This document shows, piece by piece, positions 25,652 to 32,742 of a stretch of DNA of 60,760 nt (positions are counted from its first letter, which is position 1; every line of letters begins with the position of its first letter). Origin of the DNA: Thermodesulfobacteriota bacterium (GTDB lineage Bacteria > Desulfobacterota > Desulfuromonadia > Desulfuromonadales > Geopsychrobacteraceae); the NCBI GenBank assembly GCA_028282145.1, contig JANQIN010000230.1:1-60760 (forward strand), written 5' to 3'. The notes below the pieces were generated by a model. The model made no database searches and was not told the DNA's origin. It saw only the letters and a list, made by a program, of their open reading frames with translations. The position numbers and the translations under genes were made by a program.

Positions 25652-27165
25652 CAGTAGGCCCCTTCCTGGTACAGGTTGCTCGAATCCAGTTCAGCGATCG
25701 AGGTCTTGCCGATGGAGGCCAGCAATTCTTGGTGATCGTGAACCAGACTGGCAACGTAAGCAGCAACCCGTTCAGATTTTTCCTCCACATCCAGACCGTG
25801 CTGGAGATGGGGATGGTGGGTGGTAATACCCACCGGACAGGTGTTTTTGTTGCACTGAAGTGCCTGAATACACCCTATTCCCATCATAAACCCTCGGGCG
25901 GTATAAATGGCATCCGCGCCCAGAGAAAATGCCATGAATTGCCGCCCCGGGTTGACCAGCTTACCGGCAGCCATAAGCTTCAACCGTTTCCGGGCGCCCT
26001 CCTCCACGAGGATCTTCTGCACCTGGGGCAATGCGGCGAAGATCGGTACCCCCATATCGTCCATAAAGGCCTTGGGGGCAGCTCCCGTCCCTCCTTCGGC
26101 GCCATCGATACTGATGTAATCCGGGAAACTGTCGAGCCGTTTCATCGCCTGCACCAGCTCTCGGAACTCGTCGGGGCATCCCAGGCAGAGCTTGATCCCG
26201 ACCGGTAGACCGGACAATCGCTGCACCCGGTGGATAAAGGCCGCGGTGGCATCGGGCGTGGTACATTCGGCATGAAAAGAAGGACTGATGACATCCTGTC
26301 CCATGGGAACGCCGCGGAGTTCGGCAATCTCCGGGGTGATCTTCTCCTTGGGCAGCAACCCGCCTTTCCCCGGCTTGGCCCCCTGGGACAGTTTGATCTC
26401 GATCATCCGGACCTGAGGCAGCGCAGCAATCTCCTGCAGCTTGCCTTCATTGAGGGTGGCATCGCTGTTGCGGACACCGAACTTGGCCGTTCCCATCTGA
26501 AAAATCAGGTCGCAATCCTCCATCAGATGGTATTTGGGGTAACCTCCCTCACCGGTGTTCATGGGGATACCGGCCTTTCTGGCACCACGCGCCAGCGCCC
26601 GGACCGCCCGTTCTCCCAGAGCACCGTAACTCATGGCGCTGATAATGATCGGGTGATTCAGGGTGTAGGGCTGCGGTGCGCCTCGCTCCTCTCCGAAGAT
26701 CAGCCGGTAGGGTCGAATCCGGTCCTTGCTCAACGGATACATCGAGTGACGGAGCTTGATCTCTGAATCGTCAAACAGGAGCTGGGACCCAAACGCCGAC
26801 GACGAATCGATCCCCTTGGCCTTGCGGTAGACCTCGCTTCGTTCAACTCGGCTGAACGGCTTTTCTTCGGTATCGTTCATAAAGAGGTACTGACGGAATT
26901 CAGGTCCGACCGATTCGATCATGTACCGCAATTGGGCGATAATGCCGAAATTGGCCAGCAGAGTATGCTTCTTCTGGCCGTACAGGTAGTACAGGTTGAC
27001 CAGTGTCAGCAGCAGAAAAGAGACGGTCAGGAAGTGGTAGTTAAAACTGACCCTGACGCCCAGAAAACCGAAGAGCAGGGTCAACGCCGGTAAAGCCACA
27101 TTGACCACATTGGCCAGCTTCTCCAGATCCACCTGCAGACTGCCTGAAAGCTTCAATTGCCCCAT
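25651..27165 (-). CDS. Membrane-anchored FMN-binding glutamate-synthase-family protein (GltB domain-2 homolog)
   Basis: Two N-terminal TM helices, then NTGEGGY, KLSQGAKPGKGGLLP and IDGAEGGTGAAP motifs typical of the FMN domain of glutamate synthase. Confidence 0.85.
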   Translation of the reverse strand: MGQLKLSGSLQVDLEKLANVVNVALPALTLLFGFLGVRVSFNYHFLTVSFLLLTLVNLYYLYGQKKHTLLANFGIIAQLRYMIESVGPEFRQYLFMNDTEEKPFSRVERSEVYRKAKGIDSSSAFGSQLLFDDSEIKLRHSMYPLSKDRIRPYRLIFGEERGAPQPYTLNHPIIISAMSYGALGERAVRALARGARKAGIPMNTGEGGYPKYHLMEDCDLIFQMGTAKFGVRNSDATLNEGKLQEIAALPQVRMIEIKLSQGAKPGKGGLLPKEKITPEIAELRGVPMGQDVISPSFHAECTTPDATAAFIHRVQRLSGLPVGIKLCLGCPDEFRELVQAMKRLDSFPDYISIDGAEGGTGAAPKAFMDDMGVPIFAALPQVQKILVEEGARKRLKLMAAGKLVNPGRQFMAFSLGADAIYTARGFMMGIGCIQALQCNKNTCPVGITTHHPHLQHGLDVEEKSERVAAYVASLVHDHQELLASIGKTSIAELDSSNLYQEGAY

Positions 27166-27174
27166 TCCGAGATC

Positions 27175-28557
27175 CTATTGTTTGATGACGAACATCTTTT
27201 CCAGAGTCATATCCCGAAGGGTGTGGCCGATGCCTCCCACCCCGAGCCCGGACTGCTTGTAGCCCCCGAACGGCATCCAATCGACCCGGAAAGCGGTATG
27301 GTCATTGACCATCACTGCCAGCCCTTCCAAATCGCTGATAGCACCCAGCATGACCTGCAGATCGTTGGTAAAAACCGCCGCTTGAAAAGCAAACTCCACC
27401 CCGTTGGCTTGCTCGATCGCCTCGTCCAGGGAATCATAGCTGTTGACACAGACCACCGGACCGAAAACCTCCTGGGTCATGAGCTCGGTATCGGCAGCAA
27501 CGTCCCGAAGCAGAGTCGGGGCATAGGAGGTGTCGGACAGTTTCCGGCCCCCGCAGAGCAACGTAGCGCCACCGGTGACGGCATTCCGGACCCATCGGTC
27601 CACACGGTCCACTTCCCGCGGTAGGATTAACGGTCCGACGTCCGTCTCTTCCAGGGTCGGGTCACCCACCCTGAGACCCTGCACGGCCTGTTGCAGGCCG
27701 TCACAGAGGGCATCGGCGATCTCCTTGTGGGCAAAGATACGTTGTACCGAAACACAGACCTGACCGGCATGGTAATAGCCCCCCTTGGTCAACAGAGGAA
27801 TCGCTTTATCCAGGTCTGCAGTCCTGTCCACAATCACCGGAGCAGCCCCCCCATGTTCCAAAGCACAGGTCGCCCCCGGAGGGAGCTTGGAGCGAAGGTA
27901 CCAACCGACCCGGCCGGAGCCGATAAAGGTGAGGAAAGATATCCGCTCATCGGTCACCAGCCGTTCGGCCACCTCATTCTCACAAAGAACCATCTGACAC
28001 CAGTGTTCCGGCAGACCGGCCTCGTAAAGGATCTGAATCAGGTTACGACAGGATAAGGGGGTGGTCGATGCCGGCTTTACCAGGACCGGGCAGCCGGCCG
28101 CCACAGCGGGTATCGCCTGATGGACGATCAGATTAAACGGGTGATTAAAGGCACTGATCGCGAGTACCACACCACGGGGCACTCGTCGGGTAAAGGCCAT
28201 GCGACCCTCCGAGGCTTTATTGAGCCCCATGGGGATTTCCTCCCCGTGCAGGTGTGTCAGTTCCTTGATTGCGACCTTGATCCCGTCGATCGCCCGATCG
28301 ATCTCCACCCGGGAATCGACCAGGGGTTTCCCCCCTTCCCGGGCCGCCTCCAGAGCCAACTCTAACCGGCGTTCCCGGATCAGGTCAGCGGCCTTTTCCA
28401 GAATCGCCACCCGTTGTTCGACCGACAGCCAATGGGATTTATCCGTATACAGTGCGTAGGCGTTTGCCAGGTGCGACAGGGCTTCCTCTTCGGACTGCAA
28501 GGGCAGTGTCGCCATGGGTGCCTGATCGTAGGCCGAAAGAATTTCGAGTGTGCTCAA
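27175..28557 (-). CDS. NAD(P)-dependent aldehyde dehydrogenase family protein
   Basis: ALDH fold motifs (FTGS-like FIGSGRVG, LEHGG, catalytic GQVCVSVQR, PFGGYKQSG). Start set at TTG 28557 (LSTLEILSAYDQ...) with AGGAGG 6 nt upstream. The ORF-track start at 28608 is less likely. Confidence 0.9.
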   Translation of the reverse strand: MSTLEILSAYDQAPMATLPLQSEEEALSHLANAYALYTDKSHWLSVEQRVAILEKAADLIRERRLELALEAAREGGKPLVDSRVEIDRAIDGIKVAIKELTHLHGEEIPMGLNKASEGRMAFTRRVPRGVVLAISAFNHPFNLIVHQAIPAVAAGCPVLVKPASTTPLSCRNLIQILYEAGLPEHWCQMVLCENEVAERLVTDERISFLTFIGSGRVGWYLRSKLPPGATCALEHGGAAPVIVDRTADLDKAIPLLTKGGYYHAGQVCVSVQRIFAHKEIADALCDGLQQAVQGLRVGDPTLEETDVGPLILPREVDRVDRWVRNAVTGGATLLCGGRKLSDTSYAPTLLRDVAADTELMTQEVFGPVVCVNSYDSLDEAIEQANGVEFAFQAAVFTNDLQVMLGAISDLEGLAVMVNDHTAFRVDWMPFGGYKQSGLGVGGIGHTLRDMTLEKMFVIKQ

Positions 28558-28735
28558 AGGCCGCCTCCTACAGTACCGATCCGGCGTCGGGACCTGGAAT
28601 CTTTTCAAACGTTCAGAGTGAATTCACCGCCGACGGGAAAGGGAAATGGCCGCGAATGATGACTAAAAAAATCATACTTCAACACCGACTTTTTTCAACC
28701 ATTTCAGGTAACTGCGATTTTTTTACCGGCAAGGT

Positions 28736-29569
28736 TCAGGGTGCCAGTTCTGCAGGATCGGGCGCCAAATCGTCGGTGTAGATTTCGCGGCGCCACCGGA
28801 AAGGCAGATCGACAATGGTCCCAGGCGTATCGATCCGATAGAGGGCCCGAAAAATCTCCAGTAAAACGGTTTGTTGCTGATCGACGTTCCCCGGCTCCCC
28901 CAAAGGATGGCCAAACGGCCATTTCAAAAAAACGGTCCGAGGGGGACGCACTGCTTCCGAATAGCTCCGAACAATAGAAATACCGATAGTAGGGATGCCG
29001 CAGCGTTCGATTTCACGTTGGATCAATCCGACGGATTGATTGCAGATCCCTCACGACGGTGTGAGAAGGACCAGATCAACCTGATCGTTTTTCAACAGGC
29101 GACCGACCTCAGCGCCTTGGCGGATCAAGGTTGGGATATGGCGACCATCCACATGTCCCATAAAGCCGAAATGTCTGCGGGAAAGGCTTCCTACCCGTCC
29201 CGCATCGACCCAGTCCCGCAATCGATCCAGGGGGAGGATAATATTCGGGTCCTTTTCCGCATCTCGATGGTCGTAATAGTCGTGGGTAATGGTGAAGTCC
29301 TCGAAAAGAGTCTCACCCGAGAGTTCCCGATAGCTGGGATCACCGTCGGGATCGGTCATATCAAACGGTGCCTGAGAAGAATGGTGGATCCCCGAAGTTG
29401 TCACCAGGCCAACCCGGGCTTCAGCAAGCGCCCGGGTGACGGGGACCCAGGGTACCGCCTGATCACTGAAACTGCGAGGTTCGTAATTCTGTGCCAGCCG
29501 ATCCGACAACCCCGGAATCAGGTTCGCGGCCCGTGCGATAAGCCGATTTTTCGTTCTCTCCCAGGACAT
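28736..29569 (-). CDS. GrdB-family (glycine/sarcosine/betaine reductase component B-like, PF07355-type) selenoprotein with in-frame UGA (Sec173), U-x-x-C motif
   Basis: The ORF-track pieces 29051..29662 and 28736..29026 share one frame and are separated only by TGA 29053..29051. Read-through gives ...DLVLLTPS-U-GICNQSVGLIQREIERCGIPTIGISIV...FGHPLGEPGN. A SECIS-like hairpin follows the UGA. Start at ATG 29569 (MSWERTK) with AAGGAG RBS. Confidence 0.8.
29022..29040 (-). promoter_or_regulatory. Candidate bacterial SECIS stem-loop
   Basis: The mRNA reads AUCAAUCC-GUC-GGAUUGAU: a perfect 8-bp stem starting 10 nt after the UGA, with G and U in the small apical loop. Manual fold only. Confidence 0.55.
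29051..29053 (-). other. In-frame UGA, predicted selenocysteine codon
   Basis: Coding-like sequence in the same frame on both sides. The UGA is two residues before a Cys (UGIC). Confidence 0.75.
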
Positions 29570-29597
29570 GACCACTCCTTTTTTCCTCTCGGGAACT

Positions 29598-29625
29598 TTA
29601 TCACACCTGTTCCAAGCCGTGATAA
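29598..29625. promoter_or_regulatory. Inverted repeat TTATCAC-N14-GTGATAA just upstream of the selenoprotein gene
   Basis: Perfect 7-bp arms, 29-56 nt upstream of ATG 29569. On the minus strand the arms coincide with weak -35/-10-like hexamers (TTATCA-N17-GATAAA). Confidence 0.3.
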
Positions 29626-29760
29626 CGACAGAGAAAACTTCATCTTGCCTTAAGTCCAACAAGACAGAAAAGCATTTTTATATTTGACATGGAGATAAAA
29701 ATTACGTCTTATGGCGACCACGACCTTGAAGCGCGACAGATGAAACGACTGGCTGAAATG

Positions 29761-29790
29761 TGCACGCGGTCTCCTCTCCAGACCCGTGCA
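29761..29790. other. Stem-loop (11 bp with one bulge) adjacent to the terminator hairpin
   Basis: TGCACG(C)GGTCT-cctctcc-AGACCCGTGCA. Confidence 0.45.
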
Positions 29791-29828
29791 TAAAAGGCCG
29801 GCCCTTTGGGGAGGGTCGGCCTTATTCT
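29791..29828. terminator. Intrinsic terminator hairpin (ends the liv...yaiI transcript on the minus strand; also terminator-like when read on the plus strand)
   Basis: GGCCGGCCCT-ttgggg-AGGGTCGGCC. On the minus strand it is followed by UUUUAU, on the plus strand by UUAUUCUC. The single imperfect pair is G-U on the plus strand and A-C on the minus strand. Confidence 0.6.
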
Positions 29829-29954
29829 CGGATGTGAATCGCCTTCCGTGGCTCTCACATGCACGTTTCGCAAAAGGGTGATTTTGCTTCACTTACAAAG
29901 ACAAAGTTCAACCCTTTGCCTTTGACTCGCCCTCTTACAGACACCGAACCAGTC

Positions 29955-30407
29955 TCATCTCTTGAGATGTCGTGCCAAAAAGCGGTCCAGCTGATTGGCG
30001 AAGTGGGTTCGATCGGTCTTGGAAAAGGACGCCGGACCGCCGGTCTCGACGCCGGAGCTGCGCAGTTCGTCCATAAAGTTGCGCATCGCCAGCCGCTCGC
30101 CGATATTCTCTTCGCTGAAAAACTCCCCCCGGGGCTCGAGAGCATGACCACCCTTTTCGATCACCGCTGCCGCCAGAGGGATATCAGCGGTAATCACCAG
30201 ATCCCCTGCGGCCATCCGTCGAACGATCTCCTGATCCGCGACATCAAAGCCGGAGGCAACCTGTACCGTACGGATATGACGGGACCGAGGGACCTGAAGG
30301 GAACGGTTCGCTACGAGAGTCAGGGGAACCTGCACCCGGTCGGCGGCCCGATAAAGGATCTCCTTGACCACCCGGGGACAAGCATCGGCATCAATCCAGA
30401 TCTGCAT
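29955..30407 (-). CDS. yaiI: YaiI/YqxD family protein (DUF188, UPF0178; PIN-like fold)
   Basis: [22 protein letters not shown]...[10 protein letters not shown]...[13 protein letters not shown] is collinear with E. coli YaiI. ATG 30407 overlaps the upstream gene by 17 nt. Confidence 0.9.
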   Translation of the reverse strand: MQIWIDADACPRVVKEILYRAADRVQVPLTLVANRSLQVPRSRHIRTVQVASGFDVADQEIVRRMAAGDLVITADIPLAAAVIEKGGHALEPRGEFFSEENIGERLAMRNFMDELRSSGVETGGPASFSKTDRTHFANQLDRFLARHLKR

Positions 30408-30702
30408 CGGTCGTTCTCTGAGAGGAAAGAGGGTGCGCCACCAGTCGACGTTTCTCGACGACAGACAGCTTCTTGAGGGCGGCTTCCCGCCGACTGGCAC
30501 TGGAACGACAGTGCCCGGTTTCCAGATAAACCAGATGTTCCGGCACCCGGCCCCGAAAATATTTAGCGCCTGTCCCGCGTTGGTGCTGAGACAAGCGCCG
30601 TTGGATATCGGTAGTGATGCCGGTATAAAGGGATCGGTCGGAGCAGAGAAGGATATAGACCTTCCAGTTTCTTTTGGACCAATCAGCCCTGGGGTTCTTC
30701 AA
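30391..30702 (-). CDS. GIY-YIG nuclease-family protein (UPF0213/YhbQ-like)
   Basis: [35 protein letters not shown]. The only in-frame start upstream of the domain is TTG 30702. Overlaps the HepT-like gene by 20 nt. Confidence 0.85.
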   Translation of the reverse strand: MKNPRADWSKRNWKVYILLCSDRSLYTGITTDIQRRLSQHQRGTGAKYFRGRVPEHLVYLETGHCRSSASRREAALKKLSVVEKRRLVAHPLSSQRTTDADLD

Positions 30703-31039
30703 TGCACTTGTAGGCCCCGTGAATCAGGCCCCGCAGGGAGAGAAGCTCTTCCTGCAGAAACGGCCACAGGACATCGATGATCTCGTCCTCCCGCTCCTTC
30801 AGAAAGACATCGCGCAGGCTGGCCATCTCGTCCCAGGGGATATGGCCGAACCGCGTCTTTGCATCCTCCGGCATCAGGCGAGCGCACTCGGCAATCACCT
30901 GCACATTGTACAGAGTCGCTTCAGCGGTCTTGGTGTCGTTAATAAAATCGCCCTGTTCCATGTTCTCGGTATAGCGCCCGGCTTTTTCCATGGAATCCAG
31001 GATCGCTTCAAACAGACAGGCGTATTCCGGCTTACTCAT
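30683..31039 (-). CDS. DUF86/HepT-like (HEPN superfamily) protein with degenerate Rx4HxY motif
   Basis: The overall pattern (...[12 protein letters not shown]...[22 protein letters not shown]...[16 protein letters not shown]...) parallels HepT, but the expected R-x4-H-x-Y reads R-DVFL-K-E-R. Confidence 0.65.
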   Translation of the reverse strand: MSKPEYACLFEAILDSMEKAGRYTENMEQGDFINDTKTAEATLYNVQVIAECARLMPEDAKTRFGHIPWDEMASLRDVFLKEREDEIIDVLWPFLQEELLSLRGLIHGAYKCIEEPQG

Positions 31040-31060
31040 CGTTGTCTCCGTCGTTGGAAC

Positions 31061-31771
31061 CTAATGGCCGCCCAGATAGGCGTTCTGAACATCTTCGTTG
31101 GACAGCAGGGTCGATGCCTGGTCTTCGAGAACGATATTCCCGACTTCCAGGACATAACCCCGATGTGCCAGTTTGAGGGCAGCGCGAGCGTTCTGTTCCA
31201 CCAGCACCACGGTCACCCCCGCTTCATTGATCTGGCGTACCGTATCGAAGATGCGCTTGATAATCAAGGGGGCCAATCCCAGGCTGGGTTCGTCCAACAG
31301 CAAAAGCTTGGGATCGGCCATCAGGGCCCGTCCAATGGCGAGCATCTGTTGTTCGCCGCCGGAGAGGGTTCCGGCCAGCTGCTCTCGCCGTTCCTTCAAC
31401 ACCGGAAACAGCTCGTAGATCCAGTCTCTGGTTTTGATTTCCTTGGCCGCATCCCGGGTGGTGAAGGCCCCCAGGTGGAGGTTTTCCGCCACCGTCAGAG
31501 TCCCGAAGACGCGTCGCCCTTCCGGCACCTGTGCTACACCGGTTTTGACCACTTGATGCGGCTTCATCTTATGGAGTGCCATCCCGTTGAACAGGATCTC
31601 TCCCTCGCAGGCCGGAACCAGCCCGGAGATCGCCATCAGTGTGGTCGATTTCCCGGCACCGTTGGCCCCGAGGATGGTCACGATCTCCCGCGGTTCCACC
31701 CGCAGGTTGATCCCGTGAAGCGCCTCCACATTGCCGTATTTCACTTTTAGATCTTTAATGACCAGATCCAT
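31061..31771 (-). CDS. livF: Branched-chain amino-acid ABC transporter ATP-binding protein LivF
   Basis: GANGAGKSTT, LSGGEQQMLAIGRAL, LLLDEPSLGLAP. Confidence 0.92.
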   Translation of the reverse strand: MDLVIKDLKVKYGNVEALHGINLRVEPREIVTILGANGAGKSTTLMAISGLVPACEGEILFNGMALHKMKPHQVVKTGVAQVPEGRRVFGTLTVAENLHLGAFTTRDAAKEIKTRDWIYELFPVLKERREQLAGTLSGGEQQMLAIGRALMADPKLLLLDEPSLGLAPLIIKRIFDTVRQINEAGVTVVLVEQNARAALKLAHRGYVLEVGNIVLEDQASTLLSNEDVQNAYLGGH

Positions 31772-31813
31772 TTTTTATCCTTAAAGCTTTAAAAGGTTTT
31801 TCTAGCCATACTG

Positions 31814-31974
31814 TAATGTCGTAACCGTTTTGCGCTCTGTGACTTCGGAGTGATTTTTGGTGATGCCAAGGCCTGAAAGCGCAGGCCTAGCCCAAGCTAA
31901 GCCGAGCTTTCAGAACGCCGGCAGCAGCGAAAAGGACCAGAAGGCGCGAGCAGCACAAATGGCTTACGCCATTA
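31814..31974. repeat. Roughly 160-bp imperfect palindromic (long hairpin) element inserted between livG and livF
   Basis: The left arm starts TAATGTCGTAACCGTTTTGCGCT... and the reverse complement of the right arm starts TAATGGCGTAAGCCATTTGTGCT.... A perfect 8-bp core CTGAAAGC (31873-80) pairs with GCTTTCAG (31906-13). An apical GCCTAGC/GCTAAGC stem has a 4-nt loop. The right end overlaps the livG stop codon. Confidence 0.6.
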
Positions 31975-32742
31975 CTCCTCATCATCGTCGGGGCCGAGAT
32001 AGGCCTCAATGACTTTTGGATTATTTTTGACCGATTCGGGATCGCCCTCGGCGATCTTGCAGCCGTATTCGAGCACCACCAGCTTGTCGCAGGCCTGCAT
32101 CACCAGCGACATGTCGTGCTCGATCAGAAAGACGGTAATTCCCCGATCCCGCAGTTTACGGATCAGTTCCAGCAGGGCATCGGTCTCCTGGTGGTTCATC
32201 CCGCCCGCCGGTTCATCCAGAATCAGCAGACGGGGTTTGGTCGCCAGGGCGCGGGCAATCTCCAGCAATCGCTGATTCCCGTAGGAGAGGTTGGACGCCA
32301 GATTGTTGGCTTCATGCCGCAAGCCGACAAATTCAAGTTCCTCCAGCGCCAGGTCCAGCGCGGCCTGTTCTTCGGCGCGCGCCTTGGGGGACTGAAGGAA
32401 GGCGCCGAAGATGCCAGTGGTCATCCGGCAGTGCTGACCGGCGAGGACGTTCTCCAGGACCGACATCTTCTGAAACAGACGGATCGTCTGAAAGGTGCGG
32501 GCGATCCCGGCATCGACAATCTTATGGGTCCGCAACCCCTTGATCGACGCGCCATCAAACAGGACCTGTCCCTGATCGGGGATGTAGTTGCCAGTGATCA
32601 GGTTAAAGACGGTGGTCTTGCCGGCACCGTTAGGACCGATCAGACCGACGACTTCTCCTTCGTCGACGGAAAAGGAAACGTCGTTGACCGCGACCAGACC
32701 GCCGAACCGTTTGGTCATTCCTTCGACGCGAAGCAGGTTCAT
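31972..32742 (-). CDS. livG: Branched-chain amino-acid ABC transporter ATP-binding protein LivG
   Basis: MNLLRVEGMTKRFGGLVAVNDVSF...GPNGAGKTT. ATG 32742 overlaps the livM stop (ATGA). The ORF-track start at 32853 lies inside livM. Confidence 0.92.
   Translation of the reverse strand: MNLLRVEGMTKRFGGLVAVNDVSFSVDEGEVVGLIGPNGAGKTTVFNLITGNYIPDQGQVLFDGASIKGLRTHKIVDAGIARTFQTIRLFQKMSVLENVLAGQHCRMTTGIFGAFLQSPKARAEEQAALDLALEELEFVGLRHEANNLASNLSYGNQRLLEIARALATKPRLLILDEPAGGMNHQETDALLELIRKLRDRGITVFLIEHDMSLVMQACDKLVVLEYGCKIAEGDPESVKNNPKVIEAYLGPDDDEE

Noticed and set aside
28558-28735. Mini-ORFs (MVEKSRC and MIFLVIIRGHFPFPSAVNSL) and weak hairpins in the 178-nt spacer between the selenoprotein and ALDH genes.
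   Set aside because: They are too short, have no RBS and show no conservation evidence. The hairpins are only 4-5 bp. Whether the spacer holds a terminator or an internal promoter remains open.
29570-29662. Upstream-extended starts given by the ORF track: 29662, 30500, 32853, 34675, 49281, 50664, 59151, 13197, 6620, 15034, 25301, 41152, 39455, 18471.
   Set aside because: The extensions run into neighbouring genes or lack an RBS. Internal ATG/GTG/TTG codons with good Shine-Dalgarno sequences coincide with the start of homology or of signal peptides.
29650-30151. ORFs 29650..29892 (-), 29855..30151 (-) and 29859..30476 (+) in and around the yaiI/selenoprotein intergenic region.
   Set aside because: No RBS and odd composition. 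They overlap the well-supported yaiI gene or the terminator hairpins, and I recognise no domains.
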